A DNA stretch of 64,000 nt, from NCBI GenBank assembly GCA_902530685.1, contig CACAAZ010000001.1, forward strand, positions 31,090-95,089, given 5' to 3'. The notes beneath the pieces are model-generated. The model had not been told where the DNA came from and made no database searches. It worked only from the letters and a program-made list of their open reading frames with translations. This document shows, one piece after another, positions 50,564-58,361 of the stretch; the stretch's first letter is position 1; every line of letters begins with the position of its first letter. This DNA comes from an uncultured Alphaproteobacteria bacterium. Its GTDB lineage: Bacteria; Pseudomonadota; Alphaproteobacteria; HIMB59; GCA-002718135. The position numbers and the translations under genes are program-made.

Positions 50564-50668
50564 TTAATCAATTTCACATGCGTAAACATATTTGTGACCT
50601 AAAAGTTCAAGACCAAAATGAAGGCCTCCTAAGCCTGAAAATAGATCAATAAATTTTAATTTTGCCAT
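50564..50668 (-). pseudogene. 34-aa N-terminal stub of a second C5 DNA methyltransferase
   Basis: Minus-strand ORF MAKLKFIDLFSGLGGLHFGLELLGHKYVYACEID* carries motif I (DLFSGLGG) and motif II (ACEID) only. Its TAA is immediately followed by the helicase ATG. Confidence 0.6.
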
Positions 50669-50673
50669 TTTAA

Positions 50674-51438
50674 TTAGACACCGGAGTTACGATATAAGCA
50701 ATGCTTGCAGTTTGGATTTTGATCTGGAATTTTATCATTATCTAATGTTTTTTTAATATTTAAAATTGTTTTATCAACCCAAGAATAATCTCCTTCATAG
50801 GATAAAATATCAATTTTAAATTTTAACTCTTCATTAAAGTTTTCTATATTTTTATAATATGCACTACAAAAAACAAAATAGGCAGTTGTAGAAACATCAA
50901 AGCCATTTTTATTAAACAGCCATTGATAAAATTCAACTTGTTTCTTATACCAATATTTATGAGGGGCTCCTTTTTCATCTAATGAGGGATCTAGAGGTTC
51001 ATTTGTTTTTTTATCATATGATACTGTTGTACTTTTATAATCAGCAATAAAAATTTTACCATTTTTGTCAGTCCAACAATCATCTATTGCCCCGTATAAT
51101 AGAAAATTAGTATCAGTATCGTGGTACTGTATTCCTTTGCGATTATTTTGCCAATCTTCAATTTCATCATGTTTATAGGGAATTAAATCTATTTCATGTT
51201 CTTTACAGTATGGGTGTACAGTTTGTGTTTTTCTATATTTATCAAATTCATTTTTAAGTAATTTATCCAAAGCTGTTGGAATATATGACATTGGTCCTGA
51301 TGGACGGGCAATGCGATATTTTTCTAAACGATCTATGTAAAAACAACGAGGACATTGTAAAAAAAGATCAACCTTGCTTCGACTAAGTTTAAAAGGTTCG
51401 TTTTGACCTGATATATATAAATTTTTTTTATTAACCAT
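50674..51438 (-). CDS. Cas4/RecB-like PD-(D/E)XK nuclease with 4-Cys cluster
   Basis: C29..C32 and C244..C247. GAIDD (D119/D120), IADYK (D133, K135), QVEFY (Q167...Y171) give the RecB-family D/(D/E)XK/QxxxY arrangement. Confidence 0.75.
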   Translation of the reverse strand: MVNKKNLYISGQNEPFKLSRSKVDLFLQCPRCFYIDRLEKYRIARPSGPMSYIPTALDKLLKNEFDKYRKTQTVHPYCKEHEIDLIPYKHDEIEDWQNNRKGIQYHDTDTNFLLYGAIDDCWTDKNGKIFIADYKSTTVSYDKKTNEPLDPSLDEKGAPHKYWYKKQVEFYQWLFNKNGFDVSTTAYFVFCSAYYKNIENFNEELKFKIDILSYEGDYSWVDKTILNIKKTLDNDKIPDQNPNCKHCLYRNSGV

Positions 51439-51775
51439 TTTTTATTTATTTATACTTATTACAACCGCGTAATATTAAAAAAAAGCCCAAAAAAAATAAT
51501 ATTGTAAATAAGAGGTCATTGTTGACCTCTTATTTTCAATATAAGTCAATCTCTCTTGGCAGTTCGTAATGAGCTAATAAAGGTGTGGCACTTAACAGGA
51601 GTTTTGAAATGATTAATTTTATAATGAATATTTTTTTGACTCAGTGCCACAGAAATATTTCTATTTATTAATTTAGGCAAATTCTGGTTTAAAATATGTT
51701 TAGATTAAGATTTGTTCTTAATATTACCTTAATCATTTCTCATTTTTATCAAAATTTATTTTTATAGAAGTTTTA

Positions 51776-52543
51776 GTGGCACCAGTTATCAAAAGAATTA
51801 TAATTTTTCTATTTTCCCTCCTTATTATTATTCTCCTTCTAGCTGGTGCTGCTAAAGGGGATCAATTATTAAGTTCGAAAGAATTTATTAAAAAAGAACT
51901 TCCCCTTGATCAGGGAAATGATAAAATTATTATTACTGAAACAAAAGAATATCCTAAAAGAACATTTTATTTTGATCCTTTAGTTGTTTTTGATGAACAA
52001 GATGAGGTAAGTTTGTGCGGGTATGAGCTTACGACAGTTGATTTTACGGGTACAAGGATTGTTGTCAGCATTTATGCTGCTCTTTTTGATGATGCACCAG
52101 CAATTATCAATTATGTAAGGTTAGAAACATTACAATTAACGCCTTTTAATAAAGAATTATCTTTTAGTGATATGAAAAAATTGGAACTCTATCCCTACAC
52201 AATGGAAATTATAAAAAATAATACTTTATTTGAGTCTCTTGAAAGAAATAATTCCAAAGCAAGTGTTATAATTCATGAGTCAACAAATAATTATCTCTTA
52301 GATAAAGGGAAAATCTTAAAAGAATTTTATATGGGTGGATATGATTTACATGTAGAGTTTATTAAAGGATACCCTATTCACATCCCTATTCCGCAAAATA
52401 TAAAATTTTTAAATGCTAAAATTGATCTCATTGATCACTGTCTTATTGAACTAATAAAGAATGAGAAAAAAATTAAAAAACCTGAAGAAAACTTTTTAAA
52501 AGAAGCGTCTTATATAATTCAACAAATTTATTTAAAATATTAA
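51776..52543 (+). CDS. Hypothetical membrane-anchored/secreted protein
   Basis: GTG start. N-terminal hydrophobic anchor IIIFLFSLLIIILLLAGAAKG. No recognisable domain. Confidence 0.4.
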   Translation: MAPVIKRIIIFLFSLLIIILLLAGAAKGDQLLSSKEFIKKELPLDQGNDKIIITETKEYPKRTFYFDPLVVFDEQDEVSLCGYELTTVDFTGTRIVVSIYAALFDDAPAIINYVRLETLQLTPFNKELSFSDMKKLELYPYTMEIIKNNTLFESLERNNSKASVIIHESTNNYLLDKGKILKEFYMGGYDLHVEFIKGYPIHIPIPQNIKFLNAKIDLIDHCLIELIKNEKKIKKPEENFLKEASYIIQQIYLKY

Positions 52544-52563
52544 AAATTATAATATATTAGTCC

Positions 52564-52610
52564 GGGGTATAAAGCCCTCTCCACTGAGGGAGTTTTGCCC
52601 CATTTATTTT
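52564..52610 (+). terminator. GC-rich nested hairpin plus T-rich tail (likely intrinsic terminator)
   Basis: GGGG(52564-67)...CCCTC(75-79) tccact GAGGG(86-90)...CCCC(98-601), followed by ATTTATTTT, 21 nt after the stop at 52543. Confidence 0.4.
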
Positions 52611-52628
52611 AATTATATAAGATAATTT

Positions 52629-53600
52629 GTGCATAGATACTTTTTAATCCCATTTATTGGATTTTTTACCATTGTATCTGCATTTGTTTTTTTCCTTCAA
52701 TTCATAAATGAAGATTGGAAATTTATTGCTCCTAAAATTATTCTTCCTGATTCTTGTGATAACTATATTGAAACTGAATTTATCATCTATGAAAATGATA
52801 AAAAAATAAACAGATCGTTTAAAGATGAACAAGATACCTATAAAGGAAATCAATTTCATCCAATTTTTTTACTCCCATGTGAAAGAGTTGATCGCGAATA
52901 TGATATTAATAATAAAATTAATTCTTCTCTTCTTGCAATAAACAAATGGTTAAGAGAACAGACATCAAATCAAGAAATTAGATTTGATAAAAAACTTGAT
53001 GGTGACATTGATATAACTTTTTTACGAGTAAATAAAACGATGGATTGGTTTGGAGATTTACATAACAAAGATAAATCAATTAATATTACAGAAGTATCGA
53101 ATAAAATTGAAAAGATAATTAATAATAATAGTAATTTCTTTAATAATTTTTCTTCTAAGAAATTTATTATTTTTTTTGAAGGTTGGGAGAAAAGAAAATA
53201 TATTGACTATGACATATGTGGTAAATCACGATTTAATGGCAATATTGCAATTTACTACACTTATTCTAGATTTAAAAAAAACATTGGTGATGATGTAATT
53301 TTATCAAATAATGATAGAATATTTTCTTGTACTCACAAAGATCATCTAAATGATATGAATGATGAAGTCTTTGGTGATGCAGAAGCTACAATTTTGCATG
53401 AAATGATTCATGCATTAGGCTTTCCTGCTAGTTGCTCAACAAATAATAAATTTTATCATGTTACTGATAATAAAAGTGATATTATGCATAAACAATCTGG
53501 GAAAAAATATTTAGACTATAATAATGATGATTATTATAATCATGAACTTGATAACTGTCCTGATTTAAAAAATAGTAAATTTTTAAAAGAATTTTTGTAA
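52629..53600 (+). CDS. Hypothetical membrane-anchored protein with HExxH zinc-metalloprotease motif
   Basis: GTG start and N-terminal TM. ILHEMIHALGFP (HExxHxxG) near the C-terminus. No family assignment. Confidence 0.4.
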   Translation: MHRYFLIPFIGFFTIVSAFVFFLQFINEDWKFIAPKIILPDSCDNYIETEFIIYENDKKINRSFKDEQDTYKGNQFHPIFLLPCERVDREYDINNKINSSLLAINKWLREQTSNQEIRFDKKLDGDIDITFLRVNKTMDWFGDLHNKDKSINITEVSNKIEKIINNNSNFFNNFSSKKFIIFFEGWEKRKYIDYDICGKSRFNGNIAIYYTYSRFKKNIGDDVILSNNDRIFSCTHKDHLNDMNDEVFGDAEATILHEMIHALGFPASCSTNNKFYHVTDNKSDIMHKQSGKKYLDYNNDDYYNHELDNCPDLKNSKFLKEFL

Positions 53601-53659
53601 ATAAATTATTTTCTAAGCGTAATTTCAGGAATAACTAATTCTTCACGTTTATTTTCTCT

Positions 53660-53728
53660 GATGTTACTCAAGAATTTAAACACTACTTATCTACTTTAAG
53701 AAAAAAAGTAGCAAATGAAGGTTGGTAA
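53660..53728 (+). pseudogene. Truncated, diverged second copy of the HTH gene at 40614-41069
   Basis: DVTQEFKHYLSTLRKKVANEGW* versus DIATEFNYSLSTLRKQAANEGW(LSK...) at 40695-40760, 14/22 aa identical. Decayed similarity (AAGCGTAATT) is visible back to ~53614. Confidence 0.5.
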
Positions 53729-53729
53729 G

Positions 53730-53753
53730 GCACTCTTAAATAGAGTGCTTTTT
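53730..53753 (+). terminator. Intrinsic-terminator-like hairpin
   Basis: GCACTCT taaat AGAGTGC followed by TTTTT, directly after the HTH remnant. Confidence 0.45.
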
Positions 53754-53756
53754 AAA

Positions 53757-54074
53757 TTATGAAGTAGGAGGAGAAAAATCTACTTTATTTCCCATTTCTC
53801 TTACTTTGTTTAAATCAACAGACTCTAAAGTAACTGCCTCAGTAAGAGTACCTGCTGCTTTTGCTTTTAGAGCACAAGCTGCCATACTTTCAAAAGAATC
53901 AGCTTCAGTAATCATTACAAAATCATACTGCCCTCTTGTAATATGGTAATCAATTAATTTTCCACCAACACTGCTTACCATTTTTTCCATAGCTGCTTTT
54001 CTATCAGAGTCTCCATTAATGATACCATCTGCACCTTTTTGAGAATATATACCAAGTGATACAAAAATTGACAT
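53757..54074 (-). CDS. GYD-domain protein
   Basis: 105 aa. RGQYDFVMITEA contains the GYD signature. SD AAGGAGG upstream. Confidence 0.7.
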   Translation of the reverse strand: MSIFVSLGIYSQKGADGIINGDSDRKAAMEKMVSSVGGKLIDYHITRGQYDFVMITEADSFESMAACALKAKAAGTLTEAVTLESVDLNKVREMGNKVDFSPPTS

Positions 54075-54209
54075 TTAATAACCTCCTTTTTAATCTTTAT
54101 TAATTATATTTGAATTTTTTATTAAAAAGTTATGAAGATCAATAATATTTTTATTAATAAACTTAAAAGATTTGAATAACTATTCGTTAATTGTTAAGTT
54201 AGAATGTTT

Positions 54210-55403
54210 TTAATTTAAATGACTTAGTGCCTGGTCTAAATCATTAATTAAATCTTCAACATCTTCAATTCCACAACTATATCTTACAAGCCCCTCCGGT
54301 ATTCCAGCAGCAGCTCTTTCATTAGCACTACACTCAACATGACTTGTTGTTGAGGGCGGCCCTACTACTGTTTCTACACATCCAAGATTTGCTGCCATAT
54401 GAGCATATTTTAATTTAGGTAAAAATATTTTGATTGCATCTAAATCACCTTTAACAGCAAAACTAAGCATGCCACCATAACCACCAGGCATTTGTTCTTT
54501 GGCAATTTCATGTCCAGGATGAGTTTCTAAACCAGGATAATTAACTTGTTCAACCATAGGATGTTTTTGTAAATGTTTTGCAATAATCATTGCGCTTTCA
54601 TTTTGTTTTTCTATCCTTAGTTTAAGAGTTTTCATACCACGTAATAAGCTATAAGCATCCATTGGTGATAAAGTTGCTCCATTTATCTCCCTGTAGTGAT
54701 TTGCTTTCTTAATTAGATCTTTATTGCCACAAATCACTCCTCCAAGAGCATCAGCGTGACCACCTAAATATTTTGAAGCAGAATGAAGAACAATATCTGC
54801 ACCTAATGTTAATGGATGCTGATTAATTGGAGTAGCAAATGTATTATCAACAATAACCAAAGCCCCTACTTTCTTTGCTTCTGCACTTAGTTTTTTAATA
54901 TCTGTAATTTTAACAGTTGGATTAGTTGGTGTTTCTAAATATAAAATTTGGCAACCTCTTGCTATTTCATTTTTTATTTGTTCATCATCATGGGTTTCAC
55001 AAAGACTAACGTCTATATTTAACGGAGGTAAAAATTCATTGAAAATTATATTTGTTCCACCATAACTATCTTTAATAGAAACAATTCTGTCTCCAGATTT
55101 TAAAAAGGTTAATAAAGAATTACTTATAGCGGCCATACCTGAGGAAAAACTTGTAGCTGCTTCAGCATTTTCTAGTTCTTTACATTTATCTTCAAAGGCT
55201 CTTACAGTAGGATTGCTATTTCGGGAATAAATGTGGCCATCAACCATACCAAGAGCAGCTTGATGCCACGTATCAATATCTTTGTATCCAAAAGATACGC
55301 TATGAACAACGGGGACTTGTGTGGAACGTTCATAGAGCTCATGCTCTTGTTCTCCGCCCCAGATACTTTTTGTTGATTGTCCTATTTCTTTTTTATCACT
55401 CAT
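54210..55403 (-). CDS. Cys/Met-metabolism PLP enzyme (cystathionine gamma-synthase / O-acylhomoserine sulfhydrylase / methionine gamma-lyase family)
   Basis: YSRNSNPT, SGMAAI and SASKYLGGHAD (PLP lysine). Start moved to the ATG at 55403 after SD AGGAG, because the ORF-track TTG at 55451 adds a non-homologous leader. Confidence 0.8.
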   Translation of the reverse strand: MSDKKEIGQSTKSIWGGEQEHELYERSTQVPVVHSVSFGYKDIDTWHQAALGMVDGHIYSRNSNPTVRAFEDKCKELENAEAATSFSSGMAAISNSLLTFLKSGDRIVSIKDSYGGTNIIFNEFLPPLNIDVSLCETHDDEQIKNEIARGCQILYLETPTNPTVKITDIKKLSAEAKKVGALVIVDNTFATPINQHPLTLGADIVLHSASKYLGGHADALGGVICGNKDLIKKANHYREINGATLSPMDAYSLLRGMKTLKLRIEKQNESAMIIAKHLQKHPMVEQVNYPGLETHPGHEIAKEQMPGGYGGMLSFAVKGDLDAIKIFLPKLKYAHMAANLGCVETVVGPPSTTSHVECSANERAAAGIPEGLVRYSCGIEDVEDLINDLDQALSHLN

Positions 55404-55578
55404 AAAAACTCCTATTCTTGCATGACTATAAATAAGCAAATTACTTTTCAAGGCAGCGCTATAAAAGCCTTTATCTTGATGTGAAATATTATACTTAAAA
55501 TTATTAATTTTGATAGAATTTTTTTGAATTCTTGTATTTTCAAATTAATAATAAAGATGCTAAGATTAAATAATAAAA

Positions 55579-56424
55579 ATGATCGAAGAAAATATTAGCT
55601 ATTTTATTAATTTAGATAAATATCCAATTCATGATCCCGAAAGTAAAAAATATCAGTCTGTTATCAAAGAAGCTCGAGAAGCTCTAAAATTTGATGGTTG
55701 TTATGTTTTACAATCAATAGTTAATGCTGATGCTATTAAAGAAATGCAAGATGAAGCAACAAGAATTGAAAAATTAGCTCATTATACATCAAATAAAGTT
55801 AATGTATATTTTAGCAAGGATGACCCATCTTATCCTGAGGATCATCCACGTCGATTTTTTATGGAAAGAAGTAATGGATTTGTTTCAGGTGATAAATTTC
55901 CTGAAAATTCAAAAATAAAAGATTTATATTATTCTGAAATACTTAAAAATTTTATTGCTGATTGTTTAGAAGTAAAAATGTATCACTATGCTGATCCTTT
56001 AGCTTCATTAACAATAAATGTAAATAAACCAGGCGATCGTTTTTCTTGGCATTATGATACAAATGAATTTACAGTTACAATGCTAGTTCAGGATTGTGAT
56101 CAAGGAGGTATTTTTCAATACGTTCCTAACATTAGGAATAAAGATGATGAATGTTATGATGAAGTTCAAAAACTTCTTCATGGAGATACATCTAAAATAA
56201 AAGAAATAAAACTTAATGAAGGTGATCTTCAATTATTTAAAGGTCGTTATGCTCTTCACAGAGCAACCAGAGCTGAAGGAGATAAAACAAGAAATTTAGT
56301 TGTATTTACATACACTGAAAAAGAAAACGTTATTGGATCTTCTTACAGAACAGAAGAGCTTTACGGTAAGACACTTGATGTTCATAAACAAACAAAAGTT
56401 AGAAGTGATAATTTAACTGATTAA
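55579..56424 (+). CDS. Putative Fe(II)/2OG-dependent oxygenase
   Basis: WHYDTNEF (H.D) and distal LHRAT...R with a jelly-roll-like spacing. Motif-level call only. Confidence 0.5.
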   Translation: MIEENISYFINLDKYPIHDPESKKYQSVIKEAREALKFDGCYVLQSIVNADAIKEMQDEATRIEKLAHYTSNKVNVYFSKDDPSYPEDHPRRFFMERSNGFVSGDKFPENSKIKDLYYSEILKNFIADCLEVKMYHYADPLASLTINVNKPGDRFSWHYDTNEFTVTMLVQDCDQGGIFQYVPNIRNKDDECYDEVQKLLHGDTSKIKEIKLNEGDLQLFKGRYALHRATRAEGDKTRNLVVFTYTEKENVIGSSYRTEELYGKTLDVHKQTKVRSDNLTD

Positions 56425-56428
56425 AACT

Positions 56429-57361
56429 ATGAAAAAAATTGGAATGATAGGTCTTGGAAATATGGGTAGTGCAGTTGCACGCAATATTCTAAGAGCTTAC
56501 TACCCTCTTTATGTCTATGATATTAATAAAAAAGCTGGCAAAAATGTAATAGATAATGGCGGTATAGTTACAAACTCCCCAAAAGAACTTTTAAGTGAAG
56601 TTGATATTATTGTTTCTATGGTTTTTGGGCCAAAAGAAATTGAAGATGTTTTAAAAGGACAAAACGGTATGCTGAAAACATCTTGCAAAGATAAAGTTTG
56701 GATAGATTTAACAACTAGTTCCCCTACTCTAATGAGAAGTTTAGCAAAAGAATTTGAAGATGCTGGTGGGTATACAGTTGATGCACCAGTTACAGGTTCA
56801 TTAGACTCAGCAATACGCGGAGATATGATTATGTTTGTTGGGGGATCAGAAATTGCCTTAGAAAAAGCAAAGGAAGTTTTAGACACAATTGGCAAAACAA
56901 GATTAGTTGGAAAATATGGCAATGGATACGTAGCAAAGCTTGTTAACAATCAATTATGGAAGATTCATGCTTCAGCTATTGGAGAAGCAATGGTCTTAGC
57001 TAAAAAAGCAGGATTAGAACCAGATGTTTGGTGGGAAGTAATGAAAGGTGGTGCAGCAGATAGCTTTGTTCTTCATCATGATGTGCCATCAATATTTGCT
57101 GGTCATTATGATCCATCTTTTCGTGTAGAATTAGCATTAAAGGATTTGGATTTAATACAAGAATTAATTAATGAACATAAAACTAGAGCAGAATTAACTA
57201 ATGCTGCTCATGAGAGATTTAAAGAAGCTAAAGATCGTTACGGAGACAAAGCTGGAGAAATGACAGTTTGCAAAGTAATCGAAGAAGATGCTAATGTAAA
57301 TTTACAAGTTAAGGGTAATTGGATTGCCCCATGGGAAGTAAAACATCCTAAAGAAAATTAA
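56429..57361 (+). CDS. 3-hydroxyisobutyrate / 2-hydroxy-3-oxopropionate reductase-family dehydrogenase
   Basis: IGMIGLGNMGSAVARN Rossmann motif and the G.G...KL.NN helix (GNGYVAKLVNNQ). Confidence 0.8.
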   Translation: MKKIGMIGLGNMGSAVARNILRAYYPLYVYDINKKAGKNVIDNGGIVTNSPKELLSEVDIIVSMVFGPKEIEDVLKGQNGMLKTSCKDKVWIDLTTSSPTLMRSLAKEFEDAGGYTVDAPVTGSLDSAIRGDMIMFVGGSEIALEKAKEVLDTIGKTRLVGKYGNGYVAKLVNNQLWKIHASAIGEAMVLAKKAGLEPDVWWEVMKGGAADSFVLHHDVPSIFAGHYDPSFRVELALKDLDLIQELINEHKTRAELTNAAHERFKEAKDRYGDKAGEMTVCKVIEEDANVNLQVKGNWIAPWEVKHPKEN

Positions 57362-57368
57362 ATATTAA

Positions 57369-58304
57369 TCATGTTCTAAGTGTTGTTTTAGCAACGACTA
57401 AAGATTTCTTTCTATTCTCTCTAAAAACTATGTAAATACCACTTACAACAATAAGAATGATACCCATAAAGGAATAGAAATCTGGTAGTTCATTAAAAAT
57501 TAAAAATCCTAAAATTACTGCAAAAATTAAATGAACATATTCTGCAGGGGCATTTATTAATGGAGACCCTATTCTATAAGCTGCTATTAAAGATATAATG
57601 CCTAAACTTCCTAAAACTCCAATGAATAAAATAAAGATAACGGTTTGAATGTCATTAAGGATCCAAGGATTATTTAAATTATCAAGAATATTAAAATTTA
57701 TATCTGAGTGATATATCAAAGCACTTATTACAGTTCCTCCAATAAATGAACCTATATAAATATGAAAAGTTTGTTGAAATAATGAATCTTTATCAGAAGT
57801 CTTTTTAGCTAATGTCATGGATAGAGCATAACTGCACGCTGTAATAATAGGAAATGTCATATAGATATTTAAATTTGTAAAATCAGGTTTAATAATTAAT
57901 AGTGTTCCAGAAAAACCCACTATAATACTGAAAATTCTATTTATACCAATTTCATTTTTTAAAATAAAATAAGAAAATATTGTAATAAAAAAAGGACTGA
58001 CAAAAAATAAGCTCGTTGCTTCAGCAAGACCAATTTTACTTAATGAAATAAAAAAAAATAAAAAACCAAAAAAGAATGATACACCTCTAAAGATAGCAAC
58101 ATACGGATATGAAGAACTAAAGACAATCTTCTGTTTTGTATAAAGTAAATAAAAAATTAAAATTAAAGATCCTACTATTGCTCTAAAAGCTAATATTTGA
58201 AGTAATGACAGATCATTAACTGTTAACTTGATTAAAGTATCATGAACAATAAAAAATAACATTCCAAATATAATAAGTAATAATCCTTTAATATTGTTAT
58301 TCAT
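57369..58304 (-). CDS. EamA/DMT-family transporter
   Basis: 10 TM segments. Core-like AT-rich composition. Confidence 0.8.
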   Translation of the reverse strand: MNNNIKGLLLIIFGMLFFIVHDTLIKLTVNDLSLLQILAFRAIVGSLILIFYLLYTKQKIVFSSSYPYVAIFRGVSFFFGFLFFFISLSKIGLAEATSLFFVSPFFITIFSYFILKNEIGINRIFSIIVGFSGTLLIIKPDFTNLNIYMTFPIITACSYALSMTLAKKTSDKDSLFQQTFHIYIGSFIGGTVISALIYHSDINFNILDNLNNPWILNDIQTVIFILFIGVLGSLGIISLIAAYRIGSPLINAPAEYVHLIFAVILGFLIFNELPDFYSFMGIILIVVSGIYIVFRENRKKSLVVAKTTLRT

Positions 58305-58361
58305 TAAATAAGGTATAATACTATTTTTGTTTTAGAATAAACAAAAAATGGATTGTAGAAG

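Larger units (their letters stand above)
38573..57361. mobile_element. Mosaic genomic island (integrase-bounded on the left; no att repeats identified)
   Basis: Integrase at the left edge. Composition and amino-acid-usage shift. Phage-type HTH gene plus a decayed second copy. Methylase/helicase/nuclease block. Sharp return to core-like composition at 57362. Confidence 0.5.

Noticed and set aside
55404-55578. A SAM-II/SAM-V-type riboswitch upstream of the island Cys/Met PLP gene. The hairpin is AAGGC-uuuuauagcgcu-GCCUU on the minus strand.
   Set aside because: I see only one short hairpin. I could not find the conserved AAAGCU pseudoknot element or the expected triplex-forming U-rich strand. 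It is probably just a 5' UTR hairpin, and cmscan would settle it.
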